Of a stretch of 32,000 bases of DNA, positions 24,878-32,000 are shown one piece after another. The notes below the pieces were generated by a model, which saw only the letters and a list, made by a program, of their open reading frames with translations, did not search any database and had not been told where the DNA came from. The stretch comes from Candidatus Thalassarchaeaceae archaeon (lineage in GTDB: Archaea > Thermoplasmatota > Poseidoniia > Poseidoniales > Thalassarchaeaceae): positions 960,001 to 992,000 of the forward strand of contig JBJLBP010000001.1 in assembly GCA_045568075.1 (NCBI GenBank), given 5' to 3'. The position numbers were made by a program, and so were the translations under genes. Every line of letters begins with the position of its first letter. The first letter of the stretch is position 1.

Positions 24878-26110
24878 TCATCCATACAGACCTTCGTGAT
24901 TGCTTCGTATCGGATCTTTACGATTCTTCTCAATGATTTCATGGGCTGAATTCAAATCCTGTTTACTCAGTGATGTTCGATCTTCCTCGATGGCAATCAT
25001 TCCTGCTTCCATTACCATAGATTTCAGTTCAGCTCCACTGAATCCTTCAGTCTGACGAGACAATAATTTCAGATTTACATCTTTGTCAAGTGGTGTGGAC
25101 CGTGTCATAATTTGAAGGATCGATTGCCTTCCATCTTGGTCCGGTAGCCCTACCTCGATTATTCGGTCAAATCTCCCAGGTCTCAAAAGTGCCTTATCCA
25201 ATAATTCTGGACGGTTTGTAGCAGCAATCAATTTTACTTGTTCATTCGAGTCAAAACCATCCATTTCAGCTAGTAATTGCATCAATGTACGCTGAACTTC
25301 CCGATCTCCTGAGGTCGAAGAATCCAACCGCTTAGAGCCGATCGCATCAATTTCATCTATGAAAATAATTGAAGGAGATTTCTCACGAGCCATATCAAAC
25401 AATTCTCTAACCATTCGACCTCCTTCTCCGATATATTTCTGGGCTAATTCGGAACCCACGAGACCTAGGAATGTCGCCTCAGTGGAATTAGCTACAGCCC
25501 TAGCCAACATAGTCTTCCCAGTACCTGGAGGCCCGGTTAGTAGTACGCCTTTGGGAGGCACTAATCCCATAGAAGTAAACGCCTCGGGTTTTTGTAATGG
25601 AAGCTCGATAGCTTGGCGTAGTGACTTTACTTGTTCTTCCATTCCACCAATTTCAGCGAAAGTCGTCGTTGGTTTTTCGAGATTCTCAGTTGATGATACA
25701 AGAGGGTCCCAACCCTCACTAAGAACATCTACTATTGCCAATGTATCTTGATTCAATGTGACTCTCGCTCCTGGTTTGAGAGTTGAAACATCAAGTCGTT
25801 GATTCACCGAAACTTGGAAGATTGTACCATTTGAACTACGAACTACCGCTTCATCACCAACCATATCTTGGACGTGTCCAATGATGAATGGGGGTTCTTT
25901 CAAAGCTCGAATTTCCTCATCGAGTCTATTTACTCGCTTCTTGAGTTGATTACATTCATTTTCAAGGAATAACTTCTCAGTCATCAATTGTTGAGATGTA
26001 GTAGATAACTCTTCGAATTTTTGAAGTAATTCTTTCAAAGAAGATTCTTCGGTTCGAAATTCGTCTTCAGGAGAACCACGGTCTGATGCTCCACTTGAAC
26101 TGCTCATCAT
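24878..26110 (-). CDS. pan: Proteasome-activating nucleotidase PAN (Rpt-like AAA+ ATPase)
   Basis: N-terminal coiled coil, an OB region, Walker A GPPGTGKTMLARAVA, Walker B IIFIDEIDA, and a C-terminal GLYG that fits an HbYX tail. Start set at the ATG at 26110, because the longer track ORF would overlap the MBF1 gene. Confidence 0.9.
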   Translation of the reverse strand: MMSSSSGASDRGSPEDEFRTEESSLKELLQKFEELSTTSQQLMTEKLFLENECNQLKKRVNRLDEEIRALKEPPFIIGHVQDMVGDEAVVRSSNGTIFQVSVNQRLDVSTLKPGARVTLNQDTLAIVDVLSEGWDPLVSSTENLEKPTTTFAEIGGMEEQVKSLRQAIELPLQKPEAFTSMGLVPPKGVLLTGPPGTGKTMLARAVANSTEATFLGLVGSELAQKYIGEGGRMVRELFDMAREKSPSIIFIDEIDAIGSKRLDSSTSGDREVQRTLMQLLAEMDGFDSNEQVKLIAATNRPELLDKALLRPGRFDRIIEVGLPDQDGRQSILQIMTRSTPLDKDVNLKLLSRQTEGFSGAELKSMVMEAGMIAIEEDRTSLSKQDLNSAHEIIEKNRKDPIRSNHEGLYG

Positions 26111-26184
26111 TCGACGTACAACCTTACTTGCTTTCACACTTCTCCCACGAAGATATGATGTCGTAGGACTGTCCCGGACGTTCT

Positions 26185-26670
26185 GTGGGAATTTGTGAAT
26201 TGTGTGGTTCAGACCGCGTTGGTGTCCATAGAACACGTGCTTCTGGTGCATCTGTAGAGGCCTGTTCTCGTTGTATTGATCGCCTCGGTCTCGAGCCTCC
26301 TACTCGAACGGCTCCCTCTAAACAACCATCCCAACCCCGCCCTCGTCGAAACAAGCAGAACGATATCATGGCCAAAGGCGAGAAAGAACTCGCCTCAGAT
26401 TTCCACCAAAGAATTCGTGAAGCTCGTAAGGAAAAAGGCTGGGATCAAAGAGAATTCGCAAGGCGAATGAACGAACGATTGAATATCGTTCAGCGAACTG
26501 AAAATGGTAACAGGCCTACGGATGCGCTAATCAAGAAAATTGAGAAGGTATTGAGCATAGATCTCTTCGTCGAAGTTGAGCCAACAAATACTCGATCTGT
26601 TAGCCCATCTGGTTCTCGAGGGATGACTATTGGTGATGTTTACGACGACCTCCTTTCACGGAGGGAATGA
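26185..26670 (+). CDS. mbf1: Archaeal MBF1-type protein (N-terminal zinc ribbon + C-terminal XRE-type HTH)
   Basis: CELCG...CSRC zinc ribbon, a basic/Pro linker, then IREARKEKGWDQREFARRMNERLNIVQRTENGNRPTDALIKKIEKVL, a cro/C1 HTH. The start codon is GTG. Confidence 0.8.
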   Translation: MGICELCGSDRVGVHRTRASGASVEACSRCIDRLGLEPPTRTAPSKQPSQPRPRRNKQNDIMAKGEKELASDFHQRIREARKEKGWDQREFARRMNERLNIVQRTENGNRPTDALIKKIEKVLSIDLFVEVEPTNTRSVSPSGSRGMTIGDVYDDLLSRRE

Positions 26671-26671
26671 A

Positions 26672-27211
26672 TTGGATGATGTGCCCTTACACGTGATCCA
26701 TCTAGAACAAGACGATCCCAAAAAATGCACATCTCGCCGAATGGAACGTTTCGGGCATTGTCGAATGCATACGGACATCCGTCGTTCACCTAAACGGGGT
26801 ATCCTTCTCGACCCGCTTGCAGGTCGTTTAATCGGACCAGATGACCGAGCAGGTATTGAACGAGGAGGGGCATTAGTAGGGCTTGATTGTTCTTGGAAAC
26901 AAATCGATGAATCAATAGAATACCTCAACAAACGAACACGCCTCAATGGTCGCACATTACCTGTGGTTTTAGCCGCCAACCCGGTATCTTGGGGCAAACC
27001 AGGACGCCTTTCAAACGCCGAAGCATTTGCTGTAAGTTTGGTCCTTCTAGGGCGTTGGGAACAAGCTCGGCGAATCATGCAACCATTCAATTATTCAGAC
27101 CAATTTTTCCAATTGAATGAACAACCGTTGGAAGCGTATTCGAATGCATCGACTAATGAACAACTAGCCGAGTTGCAATGGGAGTTCTTCGATAAACCAG
27201 ATTCTGAGTAG
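26672..27211 (+). CDS. tsr3: 16S rRNA aminocarboxypropyltransferase Tsr3 (DUF367 family)
   Basis: HLEQDDPKKCTSRRMERFG, LLDP, GLDCSWKQ, LPVVLAANPVSWGKPGRLSNAEAFAVSL are Tsr3 motifs. Start uncertain. TTG at 26672 has a GGAGGG SD box 6 nt upstream and avoids overlap. Alternatives are GTG at 26681 or ATG at 26630/26636, which overlap mbf1 by ~40 nt. Confidence 0.75.
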   Translation: MDDVPLHVIHLEQDDPKKCTSRRMERFGHCRMHTDIRRSPKRGILLDPLAGRLIGPDDRAGIERGGALVGLDCSWKQIDESIEYLNKRTRLNGRTLPVVLAANPVSWGKPGRLSNAEAFAVSLVLLGRWEQARRIMQPFNYSDQFFQLNEQPLEAYSNASTNEQLAELQWEFFDKPDSE

Positions 27212-27212
27212 T

Positions 27213-29351
27213 TCAACGAACTTCAGACCCAGCGTCGATGGATGAATCGGTGGTGAGGAGAGTGACTTTTCCTGATTCATCCTCTGCTGCCAGCATCATA
27301 CCTTCGGACATAATTCCTCGCAACTTGCGAGGTTTGAGATTAGCAACAAAGACTACGTTTTTCCCAACCAAATCTTCAGGCTTATAGTGCAATTTTAGCC
27401 CAGCACATACTGTCCTAGTTGAATCGGGAGCATCTTCGATTGTTACGACGTATAGTTTGTCAGCATTGGGGTGATCTTCAACAGAAAGGATACGCCCAGT
27501 CTTCATTTCGACTTTCAAGAAATCTTCGAACTCGATGTAATTCACTTCCTCTTGTTGTGATTCGGCGACACCCCCTTCATTCTTGAGGATTTCATCAAGG
27601 TCGAGTCGTTGGAACAGTGGTTTTGGATTCGCATCGTTCCATCGCAGTTCAGACTCAATATCGTGCGCTGTATCCCAAAGTTGGTCGCCGGCCTTACCCT
27701 CTTCGCCAAGTTGCTCCCATAAGCGCTCTGCTTGGAAAGGTAGGAAAGGCGCTGTTAACACTGCAAGTGCACGACAAGCTCTCCAACATGCTGCAAGAGC
27801 ACTCAGAGATTCACTGCGCTCATTTGAATCATCAGCGCCAAGATATTTCCATGGTGCAGCATTTTGTAGGTATCCGTTTCCAGCTTGTGATATATTCATC
27901 ACGTGACGTAAAGCTTCCTTGAAGCGTTGTTTCTCCATTGAGGAAATCGCTTCTCGAATACATTCATCGATCTTTCCATTAAATTCAGTATGGTCGCCGG
28001 CGTTTGTGAATATACTCAGAGGATTTGTTCCGTCATTTTCTAAGCGATGAGTGAGAGTCATAACCCGATGTACGAAATTCCCATAATTTCCAATCAATTC
28101 ATTATTTACACGTTCGACAAAATCTTCCCATCGGAAATCTGTATCGTGCCCCTCTGGCATATTTATTGTCAGATGATAGCGCAATGAATCTGGATCATAC
28201 CTTTCTAGAAAAGAGGGAAGCCATACTCCGTGTTTTCTGGATTTACTGAATTGACCGCCTTTCAACATCAAATATTCATTTGCAGGAACATTGTCTTCAA
28301 GATGAAGTTGCTTCGATTGATCTTGACCTTTGTTTAGTCCCATCAAAATCGCGGGCCAAATTATGGTGTGGAATGGAATGTTGTCTTTACCCATGAAATA
28401 CAGATGTTTGAGACTCTGCCCCTCTTTTTCGACCCACCAATTCTCCCACGCATCATCACCCTCAACATGCTCGCCAGCAAATCTTTCTGCCCATATTCTC
28501 GCACATGTGTAGTAACCCTGCACTGCCTCGAACCATACGTATACTCGCTTGCTATCCCACTCGGGGTCGTCTAGTGGAATCTCAATCCCCCATTCCATGT
28601 CACGAGTTACTGCTCTCGGCCGTAAACCCATTTTCAGCCAATTTTGTGTCATTGCCTTGACATTCGGTTTCCATGTTTGTTGACGCATCTGCGCGTGCTC
28701 TTCTAGCTCTTGCTGAAACAAATCTAACCTGTAAAACAAGTGTACCGTATCTCGGACTTCTATAGCTGCGTCAGGATTTGATTTAGAGCGCGGATTATTC
28801 AGTTCACTGGCCTCATATGTCGCACCACAGGCATCACATTGGTCACCACGAGCGCCATCCTCGCTACATTGCGGACATTCACCAACTACGTATCTATCAG
28901 GGAGGAATCTTACCTCTCCTCCTGATTTAATCTCGCAATATTGCTGCATGATTTTCTTCTGCAGCAATCCAGCGTCATTCAATTGGATGAATATGTCTTG
29001 AACCAATTCTTTGTGGCGTGGGTCTGTAGTTCGATTATACAAAGCGCCACCGAATTCAATCCCGCGCGAATCAACGTGATTATCCCACGAACAGCCTAAA
29101 CCAGCAAGCGCGCGTGAGTTAATCTCATGGAATTCATCGACGACAACTTGAGGAGCTACTCCTTGTTCTTCAGCGCTGACAGTAATCGGAGTCCCATGCT
29201 CATCTGATCCACTGCACATCAGTACGCGACGGCCTCGAGCACGCTCGTACTTGTATTGAATATCGGCGGGTAAACTATTCCCTGCAACATGACCAAGGTG
29301 CAGGGGTCCATTGGCGTAAGGCCAAGCCATGAATATCGTCGTGTACTCCAC
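27213..29351 (-). CDS. metG: Methionyl-tRNA synthetase with C-terminal Trbp111/EMAP-type tRNA-binding domain
   Basis: 712-aa ORF with WPYANGPLHLGHVAG (HIGH-type), the zinc knuckle CPQCSEDGARGDQCDACG, KFSKSRKH (KMSKS-type), and a C-terminal HPNADKLYVVTIE...NLKPRKLRGIMSEGMMLAA. Confidence 0.95.
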   Translation of the reverse strand: MEYTTIFMAWPYANGPLHLGHVAGNSLPADIQYKYERARGRRVLMCSGSDEHGTPITVSAEEQGVAPQVVVDEFHEINSRALAGLGCSWDNHVDSRGIEFGGALYNRTTDPRHKELVQDIFIQLNDAGLLQKKIMQQYCEIKSGGEVRFLPDRYVVGECPQCSEDGARGDQCDACGATYEASELNNPRSKSNPDAAIEVRDTVHLFYRLDLFQQELEEHAQMRQQTWKPNVKAMTQNWLKMGLRPRAVTRDMEWGIEIPLDDPEWDSKRVYVWFEAVQGYYTCARIWAERFAGEHVEGDDAWENWWVEKEGQSLKHLYFMGKDNIPFHTIIWPAILMGLNKGQDQSKQLHLEDNVPANEYLMLKGGQFSKSRKHGVWLPSFLERYDPDSLRYHLTINMPEGHDTDFRWEDFVERVNNELIGNYGNFVHRVMTLTHRLENDGTNPLSIFTNAGDHTEFNGKIDECIREAISSMEKQRFKEALRHVMNISQAGNGYLQNAAPWKYLGADDSNERSESLSALAACWRACRALAVLTAPFLPFQAERLWEQLGEEGKAGDQLWDTAHDIESELRWNDANPKPLFQRLDLDEILKNEGGVAESQQEEVNYIEFEDFLKVEMKTGRILSVEDHPNADKLYVVTIEDAPDSTRTVCAGLKLHYKPEDLVGKNVVFVANLKPRKLRGIMSEGMMLAAEDESGKVTLLTTDSSIDAGSEVR

Positions 29352-29476
29352 GTTATGGCCTCCAAACCCACTCTTGGTTGCGAATCTGTCCTACAACCAC
29401 ATATTTATGTCTGCGTCGCTCGCAATGACTCCGGAGCACGTATTGCTGTGACACACCGCATACATTTCTTCAATCC

Positions 29477-29494
29477 AGATTCAATTCTGAATCT
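29477..29494. promoter_or_regulatory. Perfect inverted repeat AGATTCA-ATTC-TGAATCT immediately 5' of the SD box of the CNNM-type transporter gene
   Basis: Read directly. Followed by GGGGTGAT (29496-29503) and a TTG start at 29510. Confidence 0.3.
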
Positions 29495-29509
29495 AGGGGT
29501 GATTATCTC

Positions 29510-30583
29510 TTGAGTTGGACACTATTAGTTGCCTACGCTACTCTAGCAATTGGAGTCTCGTTTCTTTGTAGCATCCTAGAAGCCGTATTACTATCCACCT
29601 CCCGTGGGCATGTAGTTGGTTTAGCAGAAACTCATCCTAAAACTAGTCAATTATGGATAGGTTACAAGGATGATCCCGAAAGGCCACTTACAGCTATTCT
29701 AACACTCAATACAATAGCACATACTGTTGGAGCACTAGGCGTGGGCGCAGAGGTTGCGAAAATTTACGCAAACGATGATGAATTGGATTTTATTATGGGT
29801 ATAGCATCCGCATTATTGACACTAGGTGTGTTACTATTTTCGGAAATCCTACCGAAAACTATCGGGACATTATACTGGCGTAAGTTGACAGTCTCGTCTG
29901 GTTACCTCCTCAAATCATTAATCATATTATCATGGATAATCGTTAGACCTGTTGAAATGATACGAAAGATGTTACCAGCGGTCGAGACTGAGACCGTAAC
30001 TCGAGATGAGCTTTCAGTTCTCGCTGATATCGCCGAGGAATCAGATATCATCGAAGAAGACGAAGAAACTGTCATACAGAATCTTCTGAAATTACGTGAT
30101 ATCGAAGTTCAAACTATCATGACTCCAAGAGTAGTGATGAATTGTGTTGAGGTCAATGAAACTGTAAACCAGGTCATGGCGCGAATTCCAATAATGGTTT
30201 ACGGACGCATGCCCGTATACGATGGAGAAATCGACAATATTCGTGGACTTGTTCTGCGTAGTGAGATTCTTCGTCGAGCGGCTGCGGATGAATTCGATGG
30301 GAAGATGATCGACATGGCCAGAAAAATCGTGACTTGCAATTACGATGACTCAGTTGACAAGGCCCTCGATATATTGTTAGAGAATAAGGTGCAATTAATG
30401 GTTGTAAGAGATGAATTCGGTGGGACTGTAGGACTGGTAACAATGGAAGATGTCATTGAGACGCTTCTAGGAGTCGAAATTGTCGACGAAGAAGATCTCG
30501 AAGCCATCCAGGAAGGCGTTGCACACGAGAACCTCAGGGAACTCGCTATGATGCGCAACGCGAATGGCGATGAAGAAGAGTGA
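29510..30583 (+). CDS. CNNM/CorC-family transporter (DUF21 transmembrane domain + CBS pair), putative Mg2+/divalent cation efflux
   Basis: 357-aa ORF. N-terminal multi-TM DUF21 pattern (LLSTS...LTAILTLNTIAHTVGALGVG...SEILPKTIG) followed by two CBS-like repeats. No CorC_HlyC C-terminal domain. TTG start with a good SD box. Confidence 0.8.
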   Translation: MSWTLLVAYATLAIGVSFLCSILEAVLLSTSRGHVVGLAETHPKTSQLWIGYKDDPERPLTAILTLNTIAHTVGALGVGAEVAKIYANDDELDFIMGIASALLTLGVLLFSEILPKTIGTLYWRKLTVSSGYLLKSLIILSWIIVRPVEMIRKMLPAVETETVTRDELSVLADIAEESDIIEEDEETVIQNLLKLRDIEVQTIMTPRVVMNCVEVNETVNQVMARIPIMVYGRMPVYDGEIDNIRGLVLRSEILRRAAADEFDGKMIDMARKIVTCNYDDSVDKALDILLENKVQLMVVRDEFGGTVGLVTMEDVIETLLGVEIVDEEDLEAIQEGVAHENLRELAMMRNANGDEEE

Positions 30584-30656
30584 GCATTCATAGAAAGCAA
30601 AGCTGTTAGAGAGCATTGCCCGGGAATCAGACGCTTAACGACGTCATACAGTGATC

Positions 30657-31472
30657 TTAGGATGATTTTTCTTCATCAGAAAGCCATCCCTTAGACTCAG
30701 TGAAGTCACTAATTGATTCGAGGCGCTTTAGCCAGCCCTTCGCTTCTGTTGACTTGGTGGTACGGACGAGCCAAACACCACCAAATGCGGTATCCCAGAG
30801 TCCAAGGTCTCCACGAAGCTTGTACATGATGTAGTCAAGAATTGGCGGTATAACCATAAGAATCCCGATAGCGCTGAAAATCTGGCTTCCTGTGGTTTCA
30901 CCGAAGCCCTTGTTACTCATCACAACTGAAACCGCCCAAAGTCCAATGAGAATGAATAGTGTAGTCATACCTTTCAAAGTAAAGTAAATCCAAATTGGCG
31001 ATTCTCCACGGGTATTCACATAACGTGTGCGACTAATCCAATTCCCAACCGATCGCCCACCAGCATAGGAAGGCATGAACCAGAGATTGAACACAATAAG
31101 TCCGAGTCCTAGAATAATGAATGGTGTTGGATTGAAGTAAGAACCCCAAGCAGTTACGACGAGAATTGGAAGAGACCAGCCGTAACTAACGAGGAAGTCC
31201 ACAATTCTTCGAGTAAGTCGCTGTCCACGGGTTGCTACTTCAAAATCAGGAGGTAATTCCTTCTTGACTCGTGGTGCACGAGGCTTCTTCTCACGGACTT
31301 TCTTTTCCGGCTTCTTCTTCTTTTCAGCGCGCTTCGCTTTCTTCGCGGTCTTAACCGGCTTCGCGGCCTTAACTGGCGCAGGAGCAGCAACTGGCACAGC
31401 TTTCTTTGGAATCTTTGTTTCAGGCTTTTCATCTTCAGAAGAGATGTTTCCTGCTTTTTCTAGAAGTCCCAT
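30657..31472 (-). CDS. Membrane protein with Lys-rich N-terminal tail and RDD-like transmembrane domain
   Basis: Residues ~15-75 are KKAVPVAAPAPVKAAKPVKTAKKAKRAEKKKKPEKKVREKKPRAPRVKK. Then ATRGQRLTRRIVDFLV, 3-4 TM helices and GGRSVGNWISRTRYV resemble the RDD family (R...D...D, G-x-S/T-x-G-K/N). Starts 4 nt after the upstream gene's stop. Confidence 0.5.
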   Translation of the reverse strand: MGLLEKAGNISSEDEKPETKIPKKAVPVAAPAPVKAAKPVKTAKKAKRAEKKKKPEKKVREKKPRAPRVKKELPPDFEVATRGQRLTRRIVDFLVSYGWSLPILVVTAWGSYFNPTPFIILGLGLIVFNLWFMPSYAGGRSVGNWISRTRYVNTRGESPIWIYFTLKGMTTLFILIGLWAVSVVMSNKGFGETTGSQIFSAIGILMVIPPILDYIMYKLRGDLGLWDTAFGGVWLVRTTKSTEAKGWLKRLESISDFTESKGWLSDEEKSS

Positions 31473-31476
31473 ATTT

Positions 31477-31977
31477 TCATTCTCCGTAAATTGTACCCAT
31501 TTCCTGGAAGACTCCGAACCCGGGGGATTGCACGAATTCCTTTACCATATCGTCTGGAAGTTCGCCTAAAACCCGATTTATCATCTGGAAGAAACTACTC
31601 CGGTCATCTTCACTCGTACCCTCTGGGTCCGAACCAACTGACTCGAAAAGTGAGAAATCGTCCGAAGCCACGAAAGATTCTACGAAATCATCTGGCATAC
31701 CGCCTAGGAGGTCATTTACCACAACGAAGAAGTTAGCAAAGTTATCTTCATCGGTTGTTTCCTCGTCCATCGATTCTTCTTCGACCATTTCTTCTTCGAA
31801 TTCCTCATCAGGTGGCGAAATAAGTTCTACAGTTGGCTTGATATCGCGCATATCCTGTTGTTGCTTCTTTCTAAGGACGATTATCTCCCTATCTAATTCA
31901 GAACCAAATCGGTCTGAAAATCGGTCGAGAAGAGTACCGACCTCGCCAGTAGCGATCCGATCTATGTGACCGTACAT
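31477..31977 (-). CDS. Highly acidic hypothetical protein with two ~33-aa tandem repeats; may extend beyond the window
   Basis: 166-aa ORF. Repeats are FFVVVNDLLGGMPDDFVESFVASDDFSLFESVG (nt 31633-31731) and FFQMINRVLGELPDDMVKEFVQSPGFGVFQEMG (nt 31495-31593), 15/33 identical. There is no in-frame stop between the ATG at 31977 and the window end. Confidence 0.45.
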   Translation of the reverse strand: MYGHIDRIATGEVGTLLDRFSDRFGSELDREIIVLRKKQQQDMRDIKPTVELISPPDEEFEEEMVEEESMDEETTDEDNFANFFVVVNDLLGGMPDDFVESFVASDDFSLFESVGSDPEGTSEDDRSSFFQMINRVLGELPDDMVKEFVQSPGFGVFQEMGTIYGE

Positions 31978-32000
31978 TTGGTCACGTTTTTCGGTAGCTA

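Noticed and set aside
25359-25751. 130-aa plus-strand ORF inside PAN, and similar long antisense ORFs inside hutH (20506-20856), tsr3 (26656-27090), metG (27583-27922) and the RDD gene (31264-31569)
   Set aside because: All are antisense to genes with unambiguous catalytic motifs and have a shadow-frame composition.
26111-26251. N-terminal 47-aa extension of PAN given by the track ORF
   Set aside because: It would overlap the divergent MBF1 gene start by about 65 nt, and the extension (MHQKHVFYGHQRGLNH...) is unlike PAN N-termini. The ATG-ATG at 26110/26107 is followed by a typical Ser-rich/coiled-coil start.
1-32000. CRISPR arrays, IS elements, toxin-antitoxin pairs, restriction-modification or other known defence modules
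   Set aside because: I scanned both strands by eye. I found no spaced direct repeats, no terminal inverted repeats flanking a transposase-like ORF, and no nuclease or methylase motifs beyond the housekeeping RNA methyltransferases.

Overview
This window is a gene-dense piece of an archaeal chromosome, roughly 90% coding by eye. Archaeal identity is directly supported by ribosomal proteins S19e/L39e/L31e/S17e, PAN, Kae1, MBF1, Tsr3 and AlaX, and by GAGGTGAT-type Shine-Dalgarno boxes. Moderate-to-low GC and many very acidic, low-complexity-rich proteins suggest a marine planktonic euryarchaeote (Thermoplasmatota / Marine Group II-like); that is inference only. Blocks from left to right: (1) An Fe-S and molybdoenzyme maturation neighbourhood, with a YgfZ-like protein and an A-type carrier IscA (-) head-to-head with FdhD and a YdeP/FdhF-like molybdopterin oxidoreductase (+). 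(2) A poorly characterised patch at 4.6-7.7 kb holding an acidic TPR protein, an ambiguous 245-nt spacer, an orphan PqqD-like protein and a bitopic membrane protein. (3) An r-protein operon S19e-L39e-L31e-S17e followed by a TrmJ-like methyltransferase. (4) A preQ0 (archaeosine precursor) operon RHH-folE-queE-queC::msrB-queD (-). (5) kae1, a Pro-rich disordered protein, the methylmalonyl-CoA mutase catalytic subunit, the epimerase and an unknown ORF (-). (6) Histidine utilisation: hutI (+), a small zinc-ribbon ORF and tRNA-Val, then a formimidoyltransferase-cyclodeaminase-hutU-hutH-alaX operon (-). (7) PAN, MBF1, Tsr3, MetRS, a CNNM/CorC-type transporter, a Lys-rich RDD-like membrane protein and an acidic tandem-repeat protein. 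I added three ORFs below the track cutoff (L39e, an RHH protein, a C4 zinc-ribbon protein) and one tRNA. I saw no CRISPR array, transposase, integrase, toxin-antitoxin pair or recognisable defence gene. Nothing here convinces me of a complete novel multi-gene system. The best leads are: a QueC-MsrB fusion whose QueC zinc-cysteine cluster is degenerate, sitting in an operon led by a putative RHH regulator with a palindromic operator; an acidic-repeat protein paired with a Lys-rich RDD membrane protein; an orphan PqqD-like (RRE-type) gene; and a disordered Pro-rich protein in the slot after kae1. All function calls rest on motif recognition by eye. No database search was run.
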